A DNA stretch of 64,000 nt. It comes from Tubiluchus corallicola (lineage: Eukaryota > Animalia > Priapulida). The notes under the pieces were generated by a model that worked only from the letters and a program-made list of their open reading frames with translations, made no database searches and was not told the origin of the DNA. The stretch spans positions 248,001 to 312,000 of the forward strand of contig JAQGDQ010000245.1 in assembly GCA_030141605.1 (NCBI GenBank). The letters are read 5' to 3'. Positions 12,470-26,300 of the stretch are shown here, one piece after another (positions within the stretch are counted from its first letter, which is position 1; each line of letters starts with the position of its first letter). The position numbers were made by a program, and so were the translations under genes.

Positions 12470-14030
12470 ATCTTCTTCAAGAACTCCTCCAAGTGATTCT
12501 TGACTTGAAAGCATTTACACTGCTAGAGTTCACTGCTTTCTCCGTTAGCCGGTTACAGATATTAATAACCTTTTGGCCAAAACTGCATTTCCTAAAAACA
12601 AGTCTAGACCTTCTCTTCACTAATTTTTTTGGAGTGACCTCCTATTCTACTGTCATCACTAACAGTAAAAATGTCATTACATTCCAGACCATTCACAATT
12701 CTAAAAATTTCAGCTAGATCCACTCTCAATCGACGATATTCTAGGGGCATTAAGCTGCATCTTTTCAGTTTTTGTCCATATATTAACTCTGCAAAACTAG
12801 AACACTCAGTCAACTTTATTGCTCTCTTTTGTACACCTACAAGCAATCTAATATCTTTCACCATGTAGGGTCTCCATGCCTGCATGCAGTAATCCAAGTG
12901 TTGTCTAACAAAACTTCTGTACAGTTTTATAATTATGTCTTTGTCTGTTAATAAAAGACCTTTTAATCATGCCCAACATTCTGTTAGCCTTCCTGGCTGC
13001 TTGCGCACATTGACTGGTCGACTTTAGTGACTTATTTATTAACACTCCCAAATCTTTAACCTCACTAGTACTTTCCAATCTTATGTCTCCCATGAAGTAA
13101 ACATAACACACATTGTTAAATCCAAAATAGATGCATTCACACTTCTTGGCATTAAACAGCGTCTGCCATTCAAATGACCACATTTTGCTCAACTTTTCTT
13201 GCATAGTAAAGGCTTCTTCAGAACTACCCACTGCTTTGAAAAGCCGTGTCTTGGTGTCATCGGCAAACTTTAGATTAGCACTCGAAAAGTTGTCATCATG
13301 TCATTAATATAAATTTAAAAACAAAACAGGTCCGAGTACAGATTCTTGTAAAACTCTGCTTAGTACTTCACCCCATCAAGACACTCCACACTTTGTCTTC
13401 TTCCACAACTAATGCTCGATCCATTTCAACACCCATCCATCAATACCATACATTCTCAAGTTCGACAGCAGACATTAGTGGCGAACCTTATCGAATGCTT
13501 GCTAAAATCTAAATAAATGGCATTAACTTATTTACCATCATCAACTAGCTGAGCGACTGTTTCGAAAAAATACAATATATCAGTAAGACATGATCTACCC
13601 TTTGTAAAACCATGCTGAGAACCCCTAATAAGATTGTTATTTTTCAAGTGCTCAACGATGTGTTCTTTCATAATAGATTCCATCACCTTGCTGACAGGCC
13701 TGTAGTTCTGCAACAATTGGTTTTGTAACAGAGCTGTAACATTGGCCAGTATCCAATCATTGGGTACACTCACCTCGCGAAACGATTTTTTGAACAACTG
13801 ACTCAGAGGTTTTGCTAAAATTGAAGCCTTTTCCTTCAAAATAGCTGGGTTTATTTTTTCTGCACCTGAAGTTTTTACTGGTTTCAACTTACTTAAGTGT
13901 CTTTCAAAAATCTCAAGAGTAAAATCAATGGTCTTTAATCTAGTTTCTTCGCTGCCTGTAAATATTTGTCTAGGAGAGGGAAAAGTCCTCATGCATAAAT
14001 ACAAATAAAAAGTACTCATTTAACATGGTG
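12470..14030 (-). mobile_element. CR1-clade LINE ORF2 (reverse transcriptase) relic with frameshifts
   Basis: NYRPVS, SQHGFTKGRSCLT, QESVLGPVLF, KFADDTK, KDLGVLI, KANRMLG, DYCMQAWRPY, LEYRRLRVDL appear across several frames. Confidence 0.93.
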
Positions 14031-14300
14031 CAGCTTGCAAATCATCCCCCAATTCCATGAAATTGCTTGCAGTGCGTAAGTATGTAGACCTGCCAACCAT
14101 TTGATGTAAAAATGTGGGTGAAATCTAGGAGGCCCGGAGACATCTCGCCCTTTGGCAGGAGTCAGGGTGGGGGTCAAATTATGCCCCAGCAGTTTTTGTT
14201 TTTCAGAGTATCAAAATTTCATTTTAAATTTCAAATTACATTTTAGAATTGTTGGCGATTTTATATTTCAGCTGAAAGAATTGACGTAACAAATACCATT

Positions 14301-17300
14301 ATGGAGGAGATGAAGGCTGTGTTCCAGACATGTCAAGATGAAGTGAAAGATAAACCTAAGTTACTTCGCCAACTTTCAAAATGCTACGACTCGGTATCAA
14401 TAAAGATAATTTAACTCTAGTAGTTAGTTATGTGTAGTGCTGTGTAAGTAAACTATAGTTTTGAATGAAAATTAAACGGTCATTTATAAATTTTAAAATG
14501 ACCATATTGTTGGAGTATCCAAGTTCCAATTAGTATGGGATTGTCATTATTCATTTGCTAAAAGGAATGCAGTAAACAAACTTGACTGAAACAAAATCTT
14601 CAAGTTTCCATTTGCCTCTAAATTTTTGTTTTTGCTGAATAATTGCAATTTGTGACGACCGTGTTTACACAAGTTCATTTTGTGCATTACATTGATTGAT
14701 TTTGTATTTTAAATTTTTGCAGATGGAGTTGGATGAATTTTGGGAATCATTTGTTCACTTATTGAAGTATTCGATGGTTGTTTATGAAAGAGAGCCCTCT
14801 GTTGAACGAATACTAAACTTCTGCGTGAAATTTGTTGTTTCTGTTCGTGACGAGAAATCTGTTTCAGAAGGCAAAGATGATGAAATGTCTCATTTCCTTG
14901 TTCTTTTCTTCAATTTCTTATTAGAGGTTAGTTAACTGAGATTTTACAGAGATCTGTTATATATAAAATTATTGAATGAAACCTTTTTCTTGCAACATTT
15001 ATTCAACAAATGTGTTGTTACATGTTATATGTAGTTTCTTGTTCTAATTATATCAATATGCTTCTTAAAATTTTGAAAACATTTATTAGACTTGGTTTCC
15101 AAAGTCTGCATAGAAGCGCTGCTTTGTATGAGAATTGAAGTCTGCTTAAAGAGATAATTAAGAGAGTGTTTGTAGGAACTCTGTCTTTATATTCCATGCA
15201 CATTTATCACATCATATCTGAATGTCATTTCTCCCATTTTCCAAGATCCTTGAATAGGAATCACACACAAAAGACCAAAATTTTGTGACTGATTTCTCAT
15301 TTATATGTTTTCAGTTTTAGAACTTCTTAGCAATCATAAGGAAAACTATTTATAAATTATACATTGCTTACAGTTGTTTAAGAATTTGAATTGGCCAATC
15401 CGTGATTCTATCCCACTTGAAACTCTGAGAATATGATTTGGTGAATTGCTCCTGCAGGTTGAGAACCTCTGATCTGTTGCAATTGTTTATAAGTCATTTC
15501 ACATTATTAAGATATCCAGACCTTCATAGGTTCTCATTATTAAGTTATCAAATTTTCTTATAACGGCAAAACGGTTCTTAAATCCTAAAATATGCCCTGG
15601 TGAGTGTGAAAATGGCATCTTTGATTTGCCTGGAACTGATTATTCGAAGACAGTGTGGTTTCAGTGATTTCATATAACTGTAGGACTACTCATCATTTTT
15701 GCGTCCTGTTTTTTTCTTTTTGTATATCTAGAATCATGATGCATGCTCTCGTGCTGTGAGATACCGAGTCTGCCAACTTATTAACAAATTACTAAGCAAT
15801 ATGGGCGATGATGCTAACATTGATGATCAGCTGTTTGAAAGGATTTGCAAGGTTATGCTGGAACGTATTCGAGACAAATTTCCACTGATACGAGCAGAAG
15901 CGGCACAGGCAATGTCCCGTCTGCAAGACCCATCAGACAAAGGCTGTCCAGTTATATCTGGTATGTGTCAGTCAAATTTACATGTTAGGTTGTGGCAGAT
16001 ATAAATACTGGGCAGGAAATACATGCCCATATATTCGTTTAAATTTATGCCTCCTCACACATGTATGCTTCATTTGAAAACTTGATAATTTTGAAATTTT
16101 GAGGGACGTGGTGACACTGATTATACAACCAACTCTGAATTTGTTTCATACATCAGATTGTTGAACATAATTGCTTTTTATAGTAGTCTTACTAGTTCAT
16201 AAACAAGTAATCATAGGTCATTTGTAATTAGTTGTTCTGCTCAAAAGTCACCAAGTTTAAGGAAATAAAATCAAAGGTGTGGCTTAGGTGTCAACTTGGT
16301 AAAATAAACTAAGAGTTTTAATACTATATTTATCGGTTAGAATGAGCTTTTCACCGTAATTTTAAAACAGTCTTCTCACAATGCTGCATTGACAACTTGG
16401 TAGAATTTTAATCAGGAATAAAAAAATTGGCAGATTTTGTTAAATGCACTCATGCAGAAACCCGTAAATTTTCATTGTTTAATGGATTTAAAACTGGGAA
16501 TTAATGGTGTTATATACTGAGGGTTGTCTCTGAAACTTTCAAAGCTGGGTGCTGAATATTTTGTTTGCGTATGGACCAGTTTTCACAAATTTGAATATTT
16601 GCCCATGTTTTAAGCTACCGTACACAGCTGACAATTATGAATATAAACGAAACTATAGCAGGATTTGTAGAGCTTGAGAAGAGCTATAAAATTTGTATGT
16701 TTACACACTTCCGAAAAAATATACGAATACCTGGAAACTTTTGCGTAGTTGTTAGAGAAATCCATATTTTTTAATACGTAGTTTGAGTTTCTAGACAATT
16801 TATTTAAAAAAAACTTGATTTTTTTTCTGTTGTATATTGGTAGGTGGTAATTTGTAATTTTGTAATTTTAGAAATGTGTGATGTATATCGGTAGCCTGTC
16901 TACCAACACTCGTACAAAAAACAATATCTGACTAAGAGTAAACTGTTTTTGCAGCATTTCTTTTCATGATGGAAAGAGATCCAAAAGTCATTGTACGTAA
17001 ATCTATTCTAAACTGCATTGCCGCATCTAAGAAAACCTTGCCGGGTATAATAAATAGAACCCATGATGTTGATCCGATGGTTCGGACTCTAGCATACAAG
17101 GTAAACTGTGGCTTGTAATTTGAAGTATTAATTCTAACATTATGGGCCAAATGAAGAAAGATTTTGTGCAGCTCAGGTTGAAAATTTGCCATAATAGTAG
17201 CCCGTAATTTGCATTGCTTTAATCTTTTTGGTCGCTTTTGTTTAGGAAGAGTATCTGATATCTTGTCTCATTCTGGTTTACACAGAATGCTTTTCACAAC

Positions 17301-20300
17301 ACTGCCTGAGCTGTCAGTCATCATCACATGGAAATCTGGTTTCTGATGTTGCTGTAGAATTATTCAACTTAATGAAAACTGAACCTGTTTTACCACATTT
17401 TGTCATTGCAAGATTGAATAGCAAGTAAATCATTCAGCTTTCATGATTTTGTTTTATCTTTTTGGTTTGTACTTTAGATTTTAGCTGATAAAGTGAGTAT
17501 TAAGGGTTTGTCAATTTCACAACGAATTCAGCTTCTAATGGATGGTCTTAAAGACAGATCAGGTACGTACATATGCAAAAATGAATTGATATTATTGTAA
17601 GCAAGATTCTCATTTAAAAAAGCTTCTTGACTTTGTTTGATTGCTAAAGCTTTGAAAAAAGTTACGTAATTGCAATTAGTGAGATGTGCTGCCTTTATGA
17701 ACTTTGATGGTGCCACCTTAATTTAGCTGCCACAATTTGCGGTTCTTTTTAACGAGATTATCTCATCTATCATTTCCAACAGTCGAGGTGCATGGTGTTC
17801 TTGATATTCCTACTTGGTGCAAAAGATAAGGTGAATCTTACTTTAGTCAGGTTTTTTTAAAGAGGTTTGTCAGAGTGTTTCTGAGTGAAAATAAATACTT
17901 GCTAGGGCATATAGATGAACAGCATTTATTTTAACATGCTTTCTATTGTCTAATATGCAATTTGTCATTTATAAGTATTCTGGTATTGTACTGTTATTGT
18001 TAGCAGCTAACATCATAATATGTATATTAAACACGAAATCCTCTCTGTTTCAAGGTTAATAATGTTTTTCACAATACTAATCAGTTATTACATTCAAGTG
18101 AAGCTCATTAATGTGTTATTTGTTCAGTGAATGATGTATATGTGTGTGTGTGTGTGAACAGAAGTGAATCCGAATTGTCGTTTGTCGGATGCTGTAAGAT
18201 TGACATTGCTTTTAGGATTTTTTGTTTTTATTATGCACATGTCAACAGTATTATGGTTTTCTTTATATAATATGTAAAACTGTACTAACTGCAGTATACA
18301 GCATTTCTGTGATTTAACTCATTTTTAAAATGTTTACTTATATACAGCTACAGTACAGGTATCAACAAAGAAGCTACTTAAGACATGGTTCCGGACATGC
18401 GATGAAAACGTGGTACAATTCCTTTCCATGCTAGATGTTGAGGATTCCATTGAATCAGCTGAGTTAGCATTAAAGACTCTTTTTACAGATGCTGACCCCA
18501 GTCATTTGATAGAGGCATTTGATCTACTGAACGACAGGTTTAATTTTGCTTCTGTATTGACTCACATGATTTAGATGATAAGATGTTTTTTAAAGTGCAT
18601 TTTGTTGTCCGTCTTCAAGTTTGATCACAATAACTAGGTGTCAGTAATTTTGTTGCTATTAGTTTTTAAATGTTAATTTATCCAAATTTAAATTAATAAA
18701 ATGTGTGAAGTATATAAGTCAAGCTTAGGTCGACTTGCGATGCAACGCAAATCGCTTCAAAAGACAGGAAGCAGTCGTAGACACATGCTCAGGTCAACTG
18801 AGACTGATTTTTAGAGACTACACGCAACTATGAAGTTACGAGTTCCTGCGAATCACAACACTGCTCAGATCGACGACGACTGGGCGTATGCAAATGAAAA
18901 AAATCTCTGACTAAACCATAATCATCGGCGAACAATACTCAGGTTGCTGCAATCGAATGGAACTGTATTTATACCGTATGCTACGAGCAACTTACTGGAA
19001 TTGAGTTGTGTTGCGTCGTAAGTCTCCTTATGTCGTCTGGATATACTTGGAACTAGCGGCATATCATATGCTGCCAGTTGCTCTCAGTCGACCTAAGCCT
19101 GCCTTTGCAGCACCATATTTCGTAAGTCCTTTTTCATATAGAATTTAATGTTTAGGTAAAACATGGAACTGGGAGGATTGCTAGAAATTATATCTTGTCT
19201 ACAGTTTAATATACACTCATATCTCGGTTTGCCAGACCTCTCGCTTATGGATACCGGAAATTTCGGAGAAAATCTGGACCATTAAAAAGTCCTGCATATT
19301 ACGGACACAGTCCATTGTTTCGCGAGCTGACTGCTGGTTGGTGGGCCGTCACTTTATATACTTCATTACATCAGTGCAACCAAGCAACGTGTAACGGCTA
19401 TACTTAACGTGATTGTTTCTACGTACATTATAGTGTACAAAAGCAAACTGCGCCTACTGTATTAGCTTAGTGCCAGTAAATGTGCATGTTAGGCACATTC
19501 GGACCGATGTCTTACTGCTTTTGTCTGGCAAACCGAGATACGAGTGTAATGAGAAATGTGTTGGCAATTGCAGTAGAGAAGTATTTTAAAATGCAATATG
19601 CTTTTTCTTGAAGCTTGTTATAGTTGGATTATTTCAAGAAATGAATTATTATACAGATTTGTAATAAAGCTTCAATAATGGCTTAATTTAAAGTCGAATT
19701 CAAGTGGATACATTGACATTAAATCGACGACATTTTTTGTCTTTCGTGATTGTATTCTAGAAAAATGGCAACTCTTGTGTAATTTTCTAATTTTATTTGA
19801 TGACGTGTTCGGAACAATGTATTAGTGTATGATTTTCTTTAGAAAAGTCAAATGGTCATGCTAACATATAAAAGCCAAAGAAGTGCAAACCAACCCGTCA
19901 TTAGTCAGTTTTTTGTTAGTAAATGCTTGTTTTTGTTTGTAGGTGATGTAGCAAATATGCGTTTATTTGTCATTCTATGATTCACTTTTTCGTTTTCAGA
20001 TATGTAATTGACAATGACAAGTTAGCTTCGGAAAGTGCTTTGTATTGGAGATGTCTTTACCTGCACATGCAGTCACTGGGGGCAGTTGGCGATGAATACT
20101 TAGACAAATTGACTCCGACACTAATAGAGCTGTGCCAATACGTGCAGCAGTAATTATGCTAACATGTTTATTTTTTAACTTTTTATGCTGTCTGTGGCAT
20201 TTGACATTCTACAAAGATATTTTGGCTTTTCTGCAGTGAGGTGAAACAAGTTTTTCTGATTTTAATGCTGCTCTACACTTCTAAAAAGAAACAATTTAAA

Positions 20301-23300
20301 CTTTCTTTTATAATTCTATTGCAATGTTCTCAAGTTATTCATAGAATTCAGCCTAGGCTCCCTGTCAGATGTCATTCATTTTGCGTGATATGTTTTTTAA
20401 TCTTAACCCCATTTATGCAAAAAACAGTAACACTTCTGCTGCCTTCTCTTTAGGTACATGTTGTTATGGCATCCGAATGCCACTGCTACCGATATTGATG
20501 ATGTGGAGAGAGAAATGCAGAAGGAATTTGTCTCTATTCAGTTACTGTCATTGCTGGGTTTGCAGGATCATAGTGATTTGAGTGGCCGGTGGGTATTTTC
20601 TTACTAGGTGACTTGTAGATTATGTAACGGGATGACCTTTATCTGTATTTGGTACCCTGGCCAGTAGGTCACACAAGTTTTAAACCTGTAACTGAGTTAA
20701 GCAGACTATATATAGCCACAGTGTAAGTTTTCAAGAACAGCGTAAATGTTTTAATATGCAGTAGCGATTGATTGATAAACCAAGCAGTATAGAAATATAC
20801 TCACCCATGAGCATCAATGTGGGATAGTGAAGAGCTTTTTTATTAATATACACTGAAACATACTATTCTGTATTTCAAAGATGATTAAGTTGTTTTTCAT
20901 GGCTTTGCTGTTTGTATGTTATGCTTGTTGTGCTAGTTAGTAGTAACAGTTACTGTGGCTTCGAGGGAACTCATGACTCTGTTTGCTTAATTACCACCTC
21001 ATTACTTTTGAAGCTGAATAACTTGGGCACAGTTAAATGCCAAGGTTTACTACTAATCTGATAGTAAACTAATGTACAACTTAAAAACAAAATCTAACGA
21101 ATGCTGAATAGCAGTTTGATTAAAGTTTGAGTTTATTCTCATCAGTCAAAATCACATGTTATAGTTTCTGATTAAATGATGTTTCTAACCAGGCGGACAG
21201 TACTGGTGCCATAATGTTTTAGTAAGATGTGAATTTGCAGCATTGGTTATAAAGTTATGCAGCCAAATACCATCTTTTTGGAAGAGGTGGAAAAGTAATG
21301 CCAGGCACATGACCTATTTGGGTCCAATCACTAATTGCATCACACAGAGATAAAGTGAAAAAAATTGTAATATTCCCTCTACTGAATAACAAAATGTTTA
21401 AACTGTTATTGTGTTTAAGTGACTTTGTCGCTTTCTCTAATTTGCCTTTATTTTGTAACAAGGAATGCTTTGTTGAAGCTGGTGAATGATTTATTAATGT
21501 CACCAGTCACCAGTTCTCGTCTAGTGGAGCCGCTTCTGTCTTTATTCAACGACTTAAATGCCGAGGAGGATAAACGAGTTCAGCAGCTGGTAGAGATAAT
21601 TGCGGAGATTCAAGCTCCGAGCATGGACACTACCACCACAAACAACGAGACAGCTCGAGAAAAAGAAATAGAGGTTAATAAGTGATCAATATTTACTAAT
21701 TAGAAACGATTGGTGATGAGGAAAGCAAATTCATCAAATGAAAATGACAGCCAGCACCCACTTAAGCAAAGACATGGCAGTGTTTGACACAGTTAAGGTC
21801 ATGTTCACCCAACAATTTACCTAAATAAAAATCTAGTGTAAAAAATACAAAAATCAACATTGTGACAAGCAAACAAGACAAACACTAAATTGTAAACTTA
21901 CATATCGTATGATACAAAGCCGAATGACTCCAATGTTCATTCACTGGCCAGTGCCTGTGGGTGGTAATAAGAGAAATTTTTACACCTTTTGTAGTTTTTG
22001 CCCTGTACTTTATTTAGCTGATATGATGGTAGGAAATATATAAATCTTTTGCAAGGGCAGAGAGAGAGAGAGAGAGAAGAGGGAAGGAAGGAAGATAGAG
22101 GGAGAACTAGGCACACGTTACCTTAATTTGCTGCTAAAGCTCTTTTTTATCTGAGTACTCCTTTGTGATGCTTTGCTGTGCAGCTCTGGCTGGAAAGTAA
22201 ATCCGTTTTCTCTAGACAGTTGTGGTAAATCTTTGGAGATCCTTTCTACATAAGTTGAATTTCTCATTTGAAACTTATTTGGGAGCTGTTTATAATTCAT
22301 TGGTAGAAAGCAAGTTATTATTCATTAGCTATGTCCCACTTTGTGATGCAGATCACTGAAAAGGACCATCACTGCTTGTTAACCAATAACAGGGTGTAGT
22401 TTATGGTATCAGTAGCATTATTAGCTATTATTACTAGCTAAATTGCCATCTATTTATTGAAAAGTTAAATCTGTAGTAGCCAGTTTTTTTGAGAAGTATG
22501 CTTTCTGTAGACTTAACATTAAACAAATGCGTTCTGCTTTGAATAAGGTGTGAGTATGAAAACCTCTATATTTTTAGTTGGCCACAGTTCGAGCTTCCCT
22601 TGCTGAATCAAAGCATGAATTAGAGAGGTTGGTCACAGAAGAAAGGTTCACAGATGCTGCAAAAATTAAAGAAAAAGTTTCTTTTTTCCAAAAGCGAAAA
22701 GAACAACTTTTAATGGAAACAGCTGAGCCACAACCTTCACAAGATGTTCCAACTGAAAAGGTGTGGTGTATAAGTAGCGGTCTTTTATGACTTTTGTTAT
22801 GTCGTGTTACTTGCTTATTATTAAAAAAAATCCTTAATTATGGATGTAAGTAGAACACATCCATAATTAAAAAATTGTTATTAATGTGATTTTTTATTGT
22901 TGTTGACCTCCAGGTTTGCATCTTTGATTTCCTTTGTCATTCCTTAGTTCATTTATCTTTTTTGTGCTTTTACAGAGTCTAACAGTATTAACAGTCTCTT
23001 GTCTATATATCTCTTGCAGATAGTTAAAATTTGTTACTAAGTTGCTGGCCATTCATTCGTACTGTTCTTCAGGTTACAGTTAAAGTTAAATGAACTCTGA
23101 GTGATTTTGTATGTAAGCAGTCAATTTCATTAGGGTTCTTTCTAATTATTTTAGAATGTTTCTTGATGTTTTAGAGTGATCCTGATACAATGCTAAAGTG
23201 CTTAACAATAGCAAAGATTATGGTGCAACACCTAAATAGGACTTCTTTAAGCCCATCATTACAAAGCTTGCTTGAGGTTTTGGTGAGTGTCTTTATGCAT

Positions 23301-26300
23301 ATCTCTTATTAATTCTTTAAAATATACTTGTTACTTCCATCGCTATTTCGAAAAATTGTGAATTAAGTTTGTTGTAATTTGAGTTTTATGTTGAAAATGC
23401 CAGGTGGGTGTTCAGAAATTTACTAATTTGCACTTTGTAGGTTTTACCAAGTATAACAAATGAAGATCCTGCTGTGAGACTGATGGCCATGGAATGTTTA
23501 GGTCTGTACTGCTTGCTGAGTCGAGATCTTGCAAAATCACAGTTTTATCTCTTCATGCAGGTACATGCATTATGACTATTCAGGCTGCAGATAATGTCAT
23601 CTTAGTTTTATATTAGCATTTCATGTTTGACCTAATTTAATATGTATTAGTGCACTGGCTAGAGCTACTAGCTGAGCATTATTTAAATATGAATGTGTTT
23701 TGTGGTTAATTTGCTTAATTTTATACATTTTGTTAACATGCTTATGTTTCGACAAGCTGATATAGTCCATTATATCCGAAGTGTGTTGTAACAAGGAGGG
23801 ATTGCTGTACTAAAGATTTTTGTATGGCAAACGTTAAGGGTAAAACTAAACTTGCCTAATGCTGCATGACTTAAAATAAATTTTTAATAAAATTTATTGC
23901 TCATTGTTGCAGATTCTGCATGTTGACCATGTGGCAAATCGTGTCTCCGCTTTGCAACTGATTTTTGACATGCTGCTGATGTTTGGTATAGACACGTTTA
24001 GAAGTGACGATAAAACAGAAAACGAGCAGTGTCAGACACCGACGAAGAACTCCGAAGAAATGCCAGAAGATGATAGAAGGGACATAAGCGTTATTACTGA
24101 ATCTCCTTTACAGGTTAGAGATGTACTAATGCAATGTGTACACTAAATTTACTAATTTTTACATAATAACAGTCAATATTTATTAATGCTTACATTTTTT
24201 TACCAGTTGATCTACTCATGGTAAAAGTATGTCTTACACTTAAACTGTTACTTGCAATTGGTCCAAAAATATCATATAAGGTAAATAAATGTGGATTACA
24301 CAAAAGATGTGAGAATTCTGATTTTGTTCTGAAAAAAAATTACTTAGTTTTCACAGGTCAGGATTCAAAGTTTTACATTGCTAATTCTGCTGAAATATTT
24401 TAAAAAGATTGAATACGTATATTTTAGCAAGAATTTCCCATCTTTGCTGTAAGCTTTGAGTGTGGTTATAAGTAATTTACTTATAAGTTACGCATAAGTA
24501 ATTTCATTATTTAATTTTAATTCAGAGTCTTGAGGATGTGGAGAACCAAAATGATAGGAACAAAGTTCCGGATTCTGCAGCTGGTGATATTATATCCATT
24601 ATTCAGGCACTTTTGGATGGAGAGGTATGTATTTCGTAGCTGCATATTCTGTCTTACTACGATATTGCTAGTTCTTATTGTTCCAAACATTGACAGAAAG
24701 TACATTTGGGAGAAGGATTCTTGGCTATACTTTTCTTCGAACTGTAATGATCACAGTGCTTTTAAGCTTATGGCTTAAGAAAAGTCAAATCCTAAGTTTG
24801 TTCTTTCTTTTCTTTTATACCAGATAAAAATTTGAAACAACTACAGGATTTGCTTACATACAACATTTAGAAGCTGTTTTATACAAATTTAAAACAAGAC
24901 AGTAAACGATTTTGAAAATTCCAATTGATTATGGAGAGCCGTTGAACCATTTATATGCCTACATTATTTCTTTCTAGTAATAATTTTATAATTTGTGTTC
25001 GTATGACCAAGTTAAATGTTAATTTAGGCAATGATATTGGCGTTTCTGTATTTCAGTGTGCTGATCTGCGCTGTGTAGCAGCAGAAGGCACAGCTAAGCT
25101 CATGTTAGCAGGGCGACTAAGTTCAGCTGAATTTTTCTCACATTTGCTACTGCTGTGGTACAATCCTGTGACGGTTGATGACGCAACGTTGAGACATTGT
25201 CTTGGCTCTTTTTTTCAAGTGTTTTCTTTTGCTAGCAGGTATTTTCATTGGCTGCTCTCTGACTTATTTTTTAAGGAGCCCAATAAATATAGTAGTAGAT
25301 AATTTGCTTAAAAGATGTTACTGCCATAGTTTTGCTAGTTAAGGTTGTTAAGTTTCTTCAAAATTAACGCAAATTGATTTACAAAAGACATTGCCAACCA
25401 TATTTTAATTGTTTATTACTGAAAATAATGTAAAAGATTTTTGTATTATAATAACGCCTGAAATAAAGCCTTTTTGCAGAGAATATAATTATTTATGGCA
25501 GTAGTAAGAATATAGTATTACAAATCTACCTTTTTCCACGTACTTATTTATTGCAATGTTAGTGCTAGTTAGCGCTAACTTGCAGGCAAATTTCATACCA
25601 TTTCTTAAAATAAAATTTGAAGTTATAAACATAAGTTTTCATTCTAGTTTCTTGCACTGCAGATTTTCTTTCACGTTTTAAGCAACTATCTCATGCTGTT
25701 TTGTCCTTCCAAGAGCTTTAATGCACGTGTAACTAATTTCAAATGTGTGAATTATTGTTGGTAACCTAGCGCACATATGTTTTTTATTCGCTCAGAATGT
25801 TCCTAATATAGGGTATTATCTTCAGATGGCAAACATGCAAATTCAATGTGGCATCAGACTGCCAGTAACTGCGCATAATCGCGCATTGATAAAGAAATAT
25901 ATGACTGAGCTTAACAGCTTACAATGAAACAGAGACCTGAGTATATAATAGGTTTATGTTACAAGTAGCTCTTTTAGAAGACAATAAGGCAACAAACAAC
26001 AATTTATGTCTTAACTAACGTCAGAACAAAAAAAAACGATTCTTGGTAAATAATATTTATTTTTAAATGAGGAAGCAGGTGGCAAAATCATTGCACCATC
26101 ATGGAAAAAGTGGAGCAACATTAAGCAATAAATTGGCCTTATTTTGCGAGCAATAGTTTGTTTAACACATAACACCTGTTCACAGGGCAAATCAGGAAAT
26201 TGTAATGGAGGCCTTCTTGCCTACAGTGCGCACGCTGTTCACGGCACCAGCTTTTAGCCCTCTTTCGGAAGTAAATGAGACAAATGTTGCCGACTTGATG

